In this document: piece by piece, positions 26,600 to 40,789 of the stretch
Layout of the letters: every line of letters starts with the position of its first letter
How positions within the stretch are numbered: position 1 is the stretch's first letter
NCBI GenBank assembly: GCA_016748015.1
Contig: JAAOMT010000678.1
Location: 101,015 to 165,014, forward strand
Reading direction: 5' to 3'
Origin: Geosiphon pyriformis uo1
Taxonomy: Eukaryota; Fungi; Glomeromycota
Length of the DNA stretch: 64,000 nucleotides
The notes under the pieces: generated by a model
The model's database searches: none
The model's input: only the letters and a program-made list of their open reading frames with translations
What the model was told of the DNA's origin: nothing
Translations under genes and position numbers: made by a program

Positions 26600-29500
26600 C
26601 ATATATGCATTATAACTGATTTTATTTAAATTTTTATAAAGCATCAAGCTTTATAAATATGTATAATTGTTATTAAAATATAAAAATCAAAATAGAAAAT
26701 TGTTTAAATTATTTATCATTAAAATTTACAAATACTGTATTTAATTTTATTGATTTTCATAATTAATAGACTCATTTCATAATAGTTGTCTCCATTGTCT
26801 TCTTCTTTTTAATTATCAATTTCAACAAATTTATTAGTATGACTTAATTCTGCTATGTAAATTTTTTTAATTAGATAATTACTGTGTTAAGTTATATTAT
26901 TGGATAAAATCTATACTATTATAAATTACCATTTTTCTAATTAATAATACTGCTAAAATTTTGGCTTAATTCTATTAATTCAACATATCTTTTTTAAATA
27001 TTGTAGAAAAACTGTAGACTAATATTTAAATTCAAATTTTCCAAACAATTAATATTTGGCTTTTTTAATAATGTGTAGTTATTTTGCAGTAAAAATCAAA
27101 TCTTTTGCAAAAAATTTCAATTATAAATTCTTTCAATAATATGTAACTACTTAACTGTAAAAGGCAAAAAATTTCAACTGTAATCTTTTCAAAATGATAA
27201 ATTTAAAATGTGTTTTTTTAATATGAAATTTTAAAATTCAAAAATTATTTTACCAAAAATTAATTTTAATTGTGTATTAGTTTCGAGTTTTTGGGTTTAT
27301 TAAAATTTAAAAACCACAATAATTTTTAAAATTAATTAATTTAAGATTAAGAAAGAAAAAAAATAAAATACATTTTTTGAAAAAAAAAACTCTTTTTTTA
27401 TAAATTTCAATAAACTATTTATTATAATCTATATACTTTTTGTAAATCAATACTAATTTTGCTTAACCAATAACAACCAATTAATAACTAATTAAAAAGA
27501 TTTAATAAATAAATAAATAAATTATTTAATAATCCTCCAAAAATAAAAACCACGATAATATATTGTTTATAATTTAATTTAAAAAAAATTAGGCTTTTTT
27601 GAAATTAAAATTAAATTTTTTATTTAACAGTAATTTTAAATATTTATTAAATATTTTACTTATATTTTCTGGTTTTTTACTGATATATTATTATAAAACT
27701 TTATACTTTAAAACAAGATCAAAATATTTTAGCACTGCTGTATTAAGCTTTATTAAAATTTAAAGAAGTTTTATTATTTTTTAAATAATGTTTAGTCATC
27801 AGAAATAGTGGTAAATCAATGATAATATTATAATAAATTCTTAAAAACTTAATATAAAACCAGTTTGTATGTTTTTTTAAATAAGTAAGAAGAGTTAAAT
27901 AATTATTAAAAATTAAAAAAAATAATTTAATTTAATTTTTTAAACTGCTATTTCATAAAATTTATTAATATAACCAAAATAATAGAAAAGTTAGTAACAT
28001 AAAAAAACATTTATTAGTGTAAATAAAAAAACAAACCATTTATTTAATAATATATAAATTTTTTTGGTAAAATTATTAATTAAAAATGTGTCACAAAAAA
28101 TTTGGCATTATAATATGAAAATATTTTTGATTAGCAGTTTTATAAAAAAAATTTACATATGTGTCTTTGTTTTAGTTTTGTTTATTTTGCTATATTAATA
28201 ACTATTTTTTCTTATATCAACTATGAAAAACAAAAAAATTCTACAATTTTGGTTATATTAATAAGTCTTATAAGATAACAGTTTGGAAAATTATTTTATT
28301 CTATTTTTTCTAACTTTTAATATTTGTTTAGCTCTTATTACTTATTTAAAAAAACATTTAAAATGGTTTTATACCAAATTTTTTTTAAATATATTTAAAT
28401 AGAAATTTGAATCTCTTTTGACAAAATTAACACAGGTTTTAATTATAAACATATAGATAATTTTTATTAATTTTTTTGTTTTTTATGATTTGGATAAAAA
28501 ACAAAAAATAAGAGATAAAATATAAATTAATTATTATTAAAAAAGTTTTTTAAAGCTTTATTTGATAATATATTAGAAATTTTTTTTAACAAATTTGTAT
28601 TTGTATCACTACTAATATAGTTAATACACTAAAATAAGCAGAGCTTAATGTTTTAATATATTAATTCTGAAAATACTTATGTAAAAGCAAAGTATTATTT
28701 CTTTTATACCAGACAAATTTTTATTTATATATAATATTAATATTAATTTATTTAAATAAGTGGTTATTAATTTCTAATGTAAAAAAATATTTTGTATGGA
28801 AACAGAAAAAAACTATTTTTATTAAGTGAAAAGTTTAAAAACCAAAATATTTTTTCTTTAAATATTAATACTATATTAATTTTAAATTTAATTAATCTTA
28901 TTACTTTTGTAGGTATTATTCTTATCAAATATATTATTATTCTAATTTGTTAATAAAATGTTGATTTCTTTGTTTGCTTTATTTTTATGCTTAAAATTAA
29001 TAAGAAAATATTTATATCTTTTAGAATTATTCAAATTATAAACAATATTTAATAAATAAATATTATAATAAACATAACTGTATTAATAAGATTTCTTTAG
29101 TTTAATAAGCAAATTACATATTATTAATTTATATTGTTTGCTTGTCTTTTGATAAGCATTTAAAATCATATGTCTTTAGTTTAATTATATATTTTTTTGA
29201 TCAACTTGTTTCAAAAATTGGTTTTCCTAAAACCTAAATAAATTTACAATGGCTTTTAACAAGCTTATATATATGTTTTAATATATTAACATAGTAGTTA
29301 AAGTCATAGAATCTAATATTCAAAACAACTTTTTTGACATATTTTTAAAAAAAAGTTATTATAAAATTTCCAAGTTTTAGTAGGTTACTAAAAAAAATTA
29401 CTTTAGCAAAAAAAACATTTTTTGAAATTATAGTTTTAAGAATATAAACAATATTAATGCTTATTTTGACAATTGTATATTGAGTATAAAAATTATTCAG

Positions 29501-32000
29501 ATAAAATTATGTGAACAATAAAACTAATGTCTTGCTAAAACTATCAATTACATAAAAACACATAATGTTTTTTATAATAGTATAATAAATTAAAAAGGTA
29601 ATACTACTAAAATATAATAAATTAAGCTTGCTAAAATTGGCTATAAGTTTTTTTTGGTAGTTTTAAGATTGTTTTGTGCAGCTTTTTTTTTATTTTTTAT
29701 TACTAGTATATTTTTAACATATTCAAGAAAATCAGATTTATTTTATATTATTACTAAAATACTTTTTGAATTTTTTAGAAAAAAAAATGTAAAATTATTG
29801 TTAAACATAGAAGCAAAAACTAAAAAATACTAAAAACAGCACACAAAATAAAAACATATTTTTTAATTTTGTTACAAAAAAATTCGATTTGAAAATCAGA
29901 ATTACTGCAAAATAAATTTAAAAAATATATAATTAATATATTTATAAATTTAACCAGCTCTATTTCGAATTTAATTTTGGTAAATTTTATTTTAAAAAAG
30001 GCAATCATAATCACAAATGCTAATTTATTTGTTTTATCTATTTTATTATAATAAAGACAGTTATTAAGTTCTTAAAACTAGTATTTGTTAAAATAAAATA
30101 AAAACAGCTATTATGAAAATTAAGATTATATTTTTCTTAAATCTAAATATAAACATACAAAAAACTTTACAAAAAAAAATATATTAAGAAAATTTAACAA
30201 TTAACCAGCATAAATTAGCAAAGTATTAAATAATTTAATAAATTTTTTCATAAAAACTTAATCTTGTTGGGTTTTATTGTTAAAATTGTTAAAAATTAAG
30301 TTTTGAGTTTTATATATCAATTATAAATTGCAATAATACTATATTTTAGTTATATAAAATAATTGTTACAAAAAATTATAATTAAATTAAATATAATTAC
30401 AAGTTAATTTACTTGAATCTTAAAAGTATAATATTAAACTTAACAAATACAATACAAAAAAATTCAAATTCAAAAATTAAATTAAAATTTAATCAAATCA
30501 AATAATACTAACTATTATCAGTTTTTACTAGTTTGCTGTTTAAAAACTAGACAAAACTTGATAGCTTATCTTTATAAATAGAAAATTTATTATTTAAAAG
30601 TTAAGTTTTTTTATTGTATTTCTGTTAATTAATTACTTAAAAATTAAACCAATAAACAAATTATGCTAAAAAAATTATTGTTTAAAAACAAATATAAGAT
30701 TTTTTTTTTATACTTTCAAATATTATTTACTATTTAAAAGCTGTATAAACAATATAAGTTTTACTAGTTTGTTGTTTAAAGACTATATAAAACTTAATAA
30801 TTTATTTTTATAAATAAAAAATTTATTATCTAAAAATTAAGTAAAGTTTTTTTATTTGTATTTCTGTCAATTAATTATCTAAGAATTAAACCAATAAACA
30901 AAATTGTGTTAAAAAAATTATTGTTTGAAAACAAACATAATATTATTTTTATATTTCTAAATATTATTTATCATCTAAAAACTATATAAACAATGTAAAT
31001 TTTACTAGTTTGCTATTTAAAAATTATACAAAATTTGGTAATTTACTTTTACAAATAGAAAGTTTACTAATTAAAAATTAAATAAAATCTTTTTACTTGA
31101 CTGATTACTTAAAAATTAAACCAATAAACAAGATTATATTAAAAATATTACTATTTAAAAACAAGTATAATATCTTTTTTTTATACTTCTAAACATTATT
31201 CATTGTTTGAAAATTGCATAGACAATATAGATAAAAAAAAATCTTTATTAATTTGTTGTCTAAAAACTATATAAAGCTTAATAACTTATTTTTACAAGTA
31301 AAAAGTTTATTATTTAAAAGTTAAATAAAATTTTTTTATTTGTATTTTTGTTAATTGATTATTTGAAAATTAAATCAATAAACAAAATTGTATTAAAAAA
31401 ATTGCTGTTTGAAAACAAACATAAAATTTTTTTTATACTTTCAAGTATTATCTACTATTTAAAAACTATATAAACAATATATGTAAAAAAAACTCTACTA
31501 ATTTGTTGTTTAAAGATTATACAAAACTTGATGGCTTATTTTATAAGTAAAAAATTTATTACTTAAGAGTTAAATAAGGTTTTTTTTATTTGTATTTTTG
31601 TTGATTAATTATCCAAAAATTAAATCAGTAAACAGAATTATGTTAAAAAAAATTACTGTATAAAAACAAGTATAATATCTTTTTTTTATACTTTCAAATA
31701 TTATCTACTGTCAAAAAACTGTATAATTAATATGAGCTTTACTAGTCTGCTGTCTAAAAACTACACAATACTTGGTGGCTTATTTTTACAAGTAGAAAAT
31801 TTATTACTTAAAAGTTAAGTAAATTTTTTTTACTTGCATTTCTGCCAACTGATTACTTAAGAGTTAAACCAGTAAACAGAATTGTGTTAAAAAGATTACT
31901 ATTTGAAAACAAGCATAATATCTTTTTTTTACACTTTCAGATATTATTTACTATCTAAGAATTGTATGGACAATGTAAATAAAAAAAAAAGAGAAAAAAA
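26600..32000 (+). mobile_element. Highly eroded repeat block, probably nested retroelements, ending in a tandem array and A-tail
   Basis: Near-total loss of G/C. LINE 3' UTR-like motif tgtgtagttattttgcagtaaaaatcaa at ~27072. A-tail at ~31978-32000. Confidence 0.5.
30521..31990 (+). repeat. Tandem array of 6 units of ~235-250 bp
   Basis: Units begin with variants of tttactagtttgctgtttaaaaact at ~30521, 30757, 30999, 31243, 31492 and 31736. Confidence 0.9.
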
Positions 32001-33588
32001 ATAACAGACCAAATATTTTCTAATTATCAAAGTGACTTATTAAAAATTGACTTTAATAGCATTAAATCTATAAAAATTTGAGATTAGATAAGTAACAAGA
32101 GCTAAAAAATTATTGAGAATTAGAAGAAATAAAATAAAATAATTTTTCAAACTGCTATTCTATAAAACTTACCAACATAACCAAAATAATAGAATCTTTT
32201 TTGTCACTCTTAGTTGATATAGAAAAAAAACAGTTGTTGGTACAACAAATGAGCAAAACCAAAACAAAACACATGTAAAAATTTGTGTAAAATTGCTGAT
32301 CAAAAATATTTTTACTGCTATTTGACATGTTTGGTGAAAATATTTTATGGTGTATTTTTGATAAATAGTCTTACAAAAAAAATTTATATGTTCATTCAAG
32401 TGAGTATTTTACTCTTTTATTTGCACCAGCAACTTTTCATTCCACATTTTTTTTATTATTAAGTTTATGCACAATTACTTGTATTCTGCTTAAAACTTAA
32501 CTAACCTCTAAAAACTTGTGGCTATTAGTAATTATATTCGGTTAGCTTACATTGATAACAAAAAATTCTCAATATTATAGAACATAAAACATCTTATCAT
32601 GTTATCGATCAACATAATGATATTTTTCGTGAACCAAAAGGTGATTATGTACATAGCACTTTGGAAGAGCCTGTTTTCTATTGTTTTTTAAGAAGAAAAT
32701 ATAAATTAATTATTGGTGAAAATAATGTGAATTATAAATTGTGAATCTGAAAAATTAAATCAAAAGTCTCATTCAATTAATCAAATTATACAGAACAGCA
32801 CATTCTGAAAATTAATTTTTCAATTTTCAATTTTTATTGTTGAATTAAGTACTGTGTATACAAGAAAAGATTTGATTTTTTTGTCATAGTTTTTATTTAA
32901 AGTGAAATAATATTTTAGTTGTGATAAAAGCTTTAAATTATGAGATTTTTGAATCAACACAGAATTTTAAAATAAAGTCTGATATAAATAATTTTACATT
33001 TTAGCAATTAATTATTACAATTATGAAAATTCTAAATTTTGAGTATTAAATTATTTAAATTTTTAATATATTCTTTGAAAAATTTATTTTGTTATTGTTT
33101 ATATTAAAACATAATTTATTGTTATCTAAAAAAAATTTAAATACTCTGAAAATAATTGTAGAAAAATTAAAAAAAATTTTAAGTAGAAAATTCATAATTA
33201 TTAAAGATGTTTACAGTTTAAAGATCATATTATGTAAATTTTAACAATTTTTTTTATTTCTCTCTGGTATTGTTGAACAAGTTGATAAATTAATTCTATT
33301 AAGTTATTCACTGTTTAAGAAAGTTGCAAATAATTATATGATTAATTAAATGAATTTTAGAAAAGTAAAAAATTTTCTTAAAAAAGTGATTGATTGATTG
33401 ATTTTTGATTTAATTTAAAGAGAGTTTTCAATTAACATATTTAATAATATAATTTGTTTTATAAATTTCAATCGAAAATTTGGCTTTTTATTTTCTTGAA
33501 AGTAAAAAAGAAATTAATGATTGCAATTATTGACAATTTTAAGCCAGATTTCATTAATTATATAACTGTTGTTTTTTAAATAAACAAA

Positions 33589-34345
33589 TTGATTGATTGT
33601 GAACTTTATTCAAAAGCTGCAGAGGCGGGTAATACAATGGCACAAAACAATCTTGGATGGTGCTATCAAAATAGATTAGGAACAAGGAAAAACGAGGGAA
33701 AAGCATTCGAACTATATTCAAAAGTAGCAGAGGCGGATAATATAATCGCACAAAACTGTCTTGCAAATTGTTATCGAAATGGATTAGGAACAATGAAAAA
33801 CGAGGGAAAAGCATTCGAACTATATTCAAAAGCAGCAAAGATGGGACTTTTAAAGGCACAAAACAATCTTGGATGGTGCTATCAAAATAGATTAGGAACA
33901 AGGAAAAACGAGGGAAAAGCATTCGAATTATATTCAAAAGCAGCAAAGATGGGACTTTTAAAGGCACAAAACAATCATGGATGGTGCTATAAAAAAGGAT
34001 TAGGAACAACGAAAAACGAGGAAAAAACATTTGAGCTATATTTAAAAGCAGTCGAGGCGGAAAGTACAGGTGCACAAATCAATCTTGCAGATTTCTATTG
34101 ACGTGGATTAGGAACAACGAAAAACGAGGAAAAAGCATTTGAACTATATTCAAAGGCAGCAGAGATGGGAGTTTTTAACTTGAATCGAAATGGACTTATA
34201 AGTGCACATAATAATCTTAGAACCTATTATTCAGATTTATGGAGAGCAATGAAAAATTGGGAAAAGCCGAACTCTACTTAAAGCAGCAGAGATGAGAAAT
34301 TTAAGCGCACAATACAAATTGGATGGTGATATCAAAATGGATGGG
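33589..34345 (+). pseudogene. Sel1-like repeat gene fragment (108-bp repeats)
   Basis: AQNNLGWCYQNRLGTRKNEGKAFELYSKAA repeats. No ATG or N-terminal domain. In-frame TGA at 34099-34101, with repeats continuing past it and then frameshifting. Confidence 0.8.
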
Positions 34346-35031
34346 GAAATATTAATTTTGAAAATTTTATTAACTCTGCATAAATAATTTATTTTATTAT
34401 GTAAAATATAGTTTCTGATGAATATTTATTTTTGGTTTAGCTAGATTTTTAACTTTTCTAAAATCTTGGTTCAAACTGGTAACATATTGTTTTAAAGTAA
34501 TTTTTCTTCTCTAAAATTTAGAGTTTTTAAATGGTTTTTTTTTTGATTAAAAGATTAAAATAAATGGGATAATATAGCATTTATTTTATTGATTCTAGAC
34601 AACAAAAATAATTTATTAATATTAAAGTAGAGTCAAAAAAAGACAGATAAAATTGTGTATAGAAAAAACTAGAGCGGAAAAATTCATGGCTTTTAATAAT
34701 ATAATACATATATAAAATTAACAATTAGAGTATTTATTTGCATTAAAATCATATAGGTTTGGAAAGGCATTAGCAAAAAATTTCAGCTTTTTTTGTATTA
34801 AGTGTTGAAATAAGTGGTATGTTTTTACTTAAATTGTGTAATTGGTTAACTTCTTTTTTGCCATAATTTTTATAATATTTCCCCATAGGATGGTCGTTGC
34901 TTTATAAGGATTCACGAATCACAATATTATATTTAATGATAAAACGAGTGGCTAGACACATCTAATACATGTCTATTATTGACTATGTACTAAAGGATTG
35001 ATAGTAAAAGAACTACATTCAATAAAGCATT

Positions 35032-35157
35032 AAATAATAATAATAATAATAATAATAATAATTATAATAATAATAATAATAATAATTATAATAATAATAA
35101 TAATAATTATAATTATAATAATAATAATAATTATTATTATAATAATTATAATAATAA
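35032..35157. repeat. Imperfect (AAT)n microsatellite
   Basis: Read directly from the sequence. Confidence 0.95.
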
Positions 35158-35852
35158 AACATTAATTTCAAATCTCAATTGATAATATTATGTTTTTATT
35201 ATAATTTATATATATTAATTAACTATTTTTTGATATACAGTAACTTTGTTAAATTTAATTTTAATTATTATTAGCACATAAATTTTATTAATATTATTAT
35301 GCATAATTCAGTAAAAGATAATTAGATATAAAAATATCAACATAATATATTTTACACTCTTATATCCATAATTATTGCACTTATTTACGAGAAACTGTGC
35401 AAATCAGGTGTAAATTTGAGATAGGAAAAATAAGAATTATTATTATCAGAACATAAATATGAAACTATGATCTGTTCAACAATTTCTCATGAAATCACTT
35501 TTGTATATCAGTTTGAATTCATTGTTGACGGATATGGAACTATTAGTAATTGATATAAAAATAACCTAAATCATTCAAAAAACAAAAAGGTAATGATAAA
35601 AAAAATGGTTATATGTAGCTAAAATGACATTCATGTATTTTGTAAATATTTATTGTTAGAGTCTATGAAAAATTCCCATGGAAAATCAATCCTCAAGTCT
35701 AGTCTAATATTCCCTTTTTTAATAAATTGGGTGGGATTTCTTTTTATAAAGATTTTAAGGCTAGACCTGATTTACCGAGCGATGCGAGGATGCTAAATAA
35801 TGGATAACTCCCAATTATTAATCAACTAATCAAATAATATTTTATGGTTTAA

Positions 35853-35966
<114 letters not shown>

Positions 35967-36568
35967 TACAGTTAATTTCAAATATAAATTCAAATCAAAA
36001 ATTTCCAAAATTAATTTATTAAAAAGATGTGAAAATAAAATCTCTAAATTATATATATATATATATATATATAATGACACAGATATACGAACCTTCTCTT
36101 TTTTTACTATTTTTTTATCTTTCTTAATTTATTTCTTAATTATTTGTTTGATTGCTTAATAAATTTAAATGAAGTGAGATATTCTGTAGATTATATTCTA
36201 AAACATATATTTTTATTTCATATCTGTTGAAACTAGATTAAAAATGTAATCTTCAACGAAAAAATATTTATTTATCTGAAAAAAAAATTAATTCATTAAT
36301 TCTTTTTTGATTAAAGGTTCTATTTTCTATATGAATTTAAATCATTTCTCATATTATTTACATCTATAAACAATTGGGTGATGATTTAAGATTTTAAACC
36401 AACTTGATAAAGCAATCTCAATGAAAATAATAAATAATATCATTTCTATTTTTCGACAGCGTTCAAAGATAATCATTGTCTAACACAGATCGATTATTTA
36501 ATACATATAACTAACTACTACTTTCGGGAATACATATATAAAAGATTTAATTATTGATCTTTACTCAC

Positions 36569-36571
<3 letters not shown>

Positions 36572-36626
<55 letters not shown>
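36572..36626. repeat. (TTA)n microsatellite
   Basis: Read directly from the sequence. Confidence 0.95.
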
Positions 36627-36796
36627 CATCATAATAAATAGTCTAAAATTCTTTATTCACAACCTATTTTATTTTCGTTAATTAAAAACTAATAACATCA
36701 TATCCAATGATCTTACTACTATTTTATATAAATTATTTTATTCTAAGCATCAAATCTCTGTCAATATTTAATCCAAATATAGAAATAAAAATAGAG

Positions 36797-38486
36797 TCAC
36801 ACTATAATTTGATCTTGAATTATATCCGAGTTATTCGTAGCAAAAAATTCTCCATCCATATTCTTCTCGCGCCTGTTTTCAGCCGTTCCAAAAAACTTAC
36901 TTTTGCCTTTCGTTTTTTTGAACTTATAAAAAAAGAAGCCACATATTGCTAAAATAATTATAACTACAGGTATTAGAACACTTAAAATAATGTAAAGTCT
37001 CTTGTTATGTGACTTTGATCTAGTAATTATAGCTTTCACTAAAGGAATATTGAGATCATGACCATTAACATTTCCTAAAGAAAAATCTGTTTGGGTAATA
37101 TTCACGATATCATGTTGATTAGTCCAGCTTTGTGTTGTCATATTGAAGATAATCATGTTTGAAAGGGTACCCAACAATGGATCCGATTTTGCTGGAGGAA
37201 TACCTCCATATATCTAATTGAATTAATTCCCCACCACCCAAAATATTTAAATATATATATTGATTAAAAATTGAAAATCATCTAAATATAAAAAAAGCAA
37301 AACTAAATGCGAAACAAAAATCATACCAACACAGCATCAGAATTAGAAAATTGAGCATAACTAGCCCGGTTCCTTAAAGATGTTAGATTACCAGATTGAT
37401 TTGATGGTATTTTAGCCTTATCAAATTCCATCCTTGTTAAATCAAAAGGAATCACCGGAATTTGTTTATTTGAATCTTTTTCACCATCATCAGTGACGAC
37501 TATATATAATTTCTCATTTAATGAGCCAACAAAAGCATCACTTATTATTGACGAAAATGTTGACTGAGGAGAAAGCCAGCCATATATTTCATTATAAATG
37601 TAAGCTATAGAAGTGCCATTTGAATCTGGTGGTGCTTGTCCTCCAAACACAAAAGTATTACTTTTTATATTTGCGATTCCAGGAGTATTTGTAATATAAT
37701 CCTAAATCAAAAATAGAATGCATAATAGTATTTAACAAAGAACGAAATAGTAAGAAAAATTATTTTCCAAAATTTTAAAAAAATTTACCGGATTACTAAT
37801 TTTATCCAATTTCCAAATTTCTTTAGAAATATCTAATTTAAGAACCGTGGGATTCATAGTTGGATATATCCAATGAGCAGTCCAAATTAAAAAAACATTT
37901 GGTTCTATGAGAACAGCTCGAGGACCAGGTATAGAAATTTTTTCAAGTTCTGGTGGAATGGCAGTTCTAATATCAGGTTGATTCCATTCTTTTTTTTTAA
38001 AATTGTACCATTGTAATGGTTGAATAGGCGAATTTTGATTCACAGTAGACCTCCCACCAAATATAATGAGAAAACCGGCATTTGGCTCAACTACACATGC
38101 TCCATCGCTGATACCAATAGCTCCTTTACTACTTTCTCTTTTCCAGGGAATTGAATCTGTGGTAAATGGTAAACTCGCCGAATAAAAAAGTTCAGTTTGT
38201 TGATCTGGTAAGTGATACCAGTCTTTACTACCACCAAATAAGTAAAGTTTATTTTGATAAGTCACCTAAAGAAATTATTAATTAAATTAAAAATGTTAAT
38301 AATATATCAAATAAAATATTTTAAAAAGAAAGAAAGAAAGAAAGAATGAATGAATGAATGAATGAAATATATTACCATGCAATGAGAATGTCTAGTACCA
38401 GGTCCTTCATCTCCTAGCACTTTTGTAATTAAAATGATTAATTCTATGGTTATGATATAACTCAAGAAAGATATTTGAAGACGCAT
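36797..38486 (-). CDS. Signal peptide + kelch/galactose-oxidase-like beta-propeller + single TM protein
   Basis: ATG at 38486 (MRLQISFLSYIITIELIILITKVLG..RHSHCM). Kelch-like NKLYLFGG, LIIFGG and FVFGG. TM segment LYIILSVLIPVVIIILAICGFFFY followed by a basic tail. GT-AG introns. Confidence 0.85.
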
Positions 38487-40789
38487 TTTAAATTTTAGTC
38501 AAAGAATCTTTGTTACTCAGTTTTTATAATTATTTGAAAGAAACTATTTATAGCTACTTTAAAAATTAAATGTTTATTTGGATTCGAATCCTTCATTACC
38601 TATTTTTCATCAAAATTACTAACTCAAGGTAAAATCTAGTAATTAGGAGAGAAATAGCCATATTGATAAAAAATATTTTTACTATATTTGGGTCTTTCAA
38701 CCAGACTATTTATCTTCATTTCTTACTTTATAAAGACTAAAAGATAATCATTTAATTGACTATCACTTTGGATTACTAAATATCCTTTTATGTATTTGAA
38801 TGTCAATAAAAATTTAAAACAGATAAACTATATTTTTTTCCGTTGGTCTAAATATATATTAAATCTAATAAAACTACTTTATCGCACAACTGATAAATAC
38901 ATCAATCGGATGGCGAGAATTAAGAGATATAGCCTTGTTCAAATCGGGTAAGGAGTCATTATAACGTCCCAATAATCGATATACGTCAGCTTAATTAGTA
39001 TCTCTTTTAAAAATTACTTTTGTCTTGTATCAAATCTACTGCAGGAAGACAAAGTTAAACTAACATCACTTTAATTTGAAAAAAAATTGCTTAATATAAT
39101 TCTTTATTATTAAAATAAGTTCAAGCCAACTTTTAAACAAATTGCTCTCTCTCTCTCTAAGAATTTCATAAACTTTCTAAAAATTATATCAGAGTTGCTA
39201 AATTAATAATCTCATTGAATTTGAGAAAATTTTTCATCAAAGACATTATATGTATTAGTTTAAAATTATATTTGAGCCGTTCTAAACTTTGATACGATAT
39301 TCCGAAGTGGGTTTTTAGTGGGAATAATTTCATTTTGTAATGAAAATCATATCCTGTTTTAAATTAAATTTCTTATATACAAAAGACTTGAGATCTTGAC
39401 CAAATTGTAATAACTTATGAAATTAGGTATTTTAAATTTGATAGAATTAATTTAAAAATTTTTACATTTATCCTATTATAAATTCAACAAAATCATCCAC
39501 CAATGACAAATTATTTGTTTTATCGAATAGTAAAATCTGTCAAAAACAATAATAAATAACCTTAACTATACTGTCTATTTCTTTGGCCTTGTTTATTGTA
39601 TTCTTTTATATCCAGCTGAAAACAAAGCAAAACATGTTTAATTGTGCATAAAACTTTTTGACTTCAGAATTAAGGAATTTATTATTAATCTTATTATTTA
39701 TTTAAATTCTAATTCTAATTTTTTAATATTATGTAATAAATAGAAAATTAAAAACAAAATTTTAATTTTAATTTTTTTTCAATTTATTTATTGTTAAATA
39801 TTTTTAGTTAACATTTAAATAATAATTTATAAAATAAATTTTTTTTTAAAACTAATAGTTAATTAAAATTGAAAAAAATTTGTAGTTATTTATTTTTATA
39901 TTATTTATACAATAATTTTTTGGTTATATTAATTTAAATTATTTTTTTGTTGAACATGTAATTAATAGTTTTTTAAGTAATAAAATTTTATAATATGTGC
40001 AAATATTATTAAACTAGTATAAATATTAGCTTTAAATTAGATTTTTTGTTTTTAAAACTTTATTTACTATATTTAGTATTCCAAAAATTGGTAAATTAAA
40101 TTGTATTTGTTTAATTAATTAAAAAACTAAAATTTGTTTAACTAGTAAACAAATTAATAAAAGCTTAACAAATTACCTATTTTAAAAATTTTATTTTAAA
40201 TTAATATAAATTTATTGTATATAATTTTCTTTGATTTTTCGTTTTTATTATTTTAATATAAAAAATATATGTATATATTAATATTTATTATTTTTGGGCA
40301 ATCACAAATTAAAAATAAACAATTTCTATATATATAGAATATATATTAGAAGAAATTTTGTAATAATAATTAAATGCTTAATTTTTTATTAAAAAGCTTT
40401 AATTATAAAACACAAAAATTTAAGTTAAGTATTATTATCTTAAATTTTATACCAATAAAACTTTTGCATAAAGCTCTTATTTAATTATTTAATTTTAAAA
40501 ATTAATTAAAAAATTATAATATAAAAAATTATTTTATAATTATATTTAACAATCAAATAGCAAAATATTATAAATAATGAAATTATTTGTTTTTTATAAA
40601 TTTATTTTACAAATTTTATTATAAAATTTATATTTTTTTAATTAAAAAATTTTGTTAAATTATAATTGTTGTTTTTAATTTAGTTAGAAAATATTTGTTT
40701 ATAATTTTTGTTAACATAAATAATTTTATTATTATTATTATTATTATTTAATTAAAATAGAATAATATTAAATATTATATAAAAAACAT

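Noticed and set aside
30521-31990. Array as a CRISPR or a hammerhead-ribozyme retrozyme (reconstructed CTGAGGA fits CUGANGA)
   Set aside because: There are no unique spacers and the context is eukaryotic. I could not place a convincing stem II plus GAAA core, and the motif rests on back-mutation.
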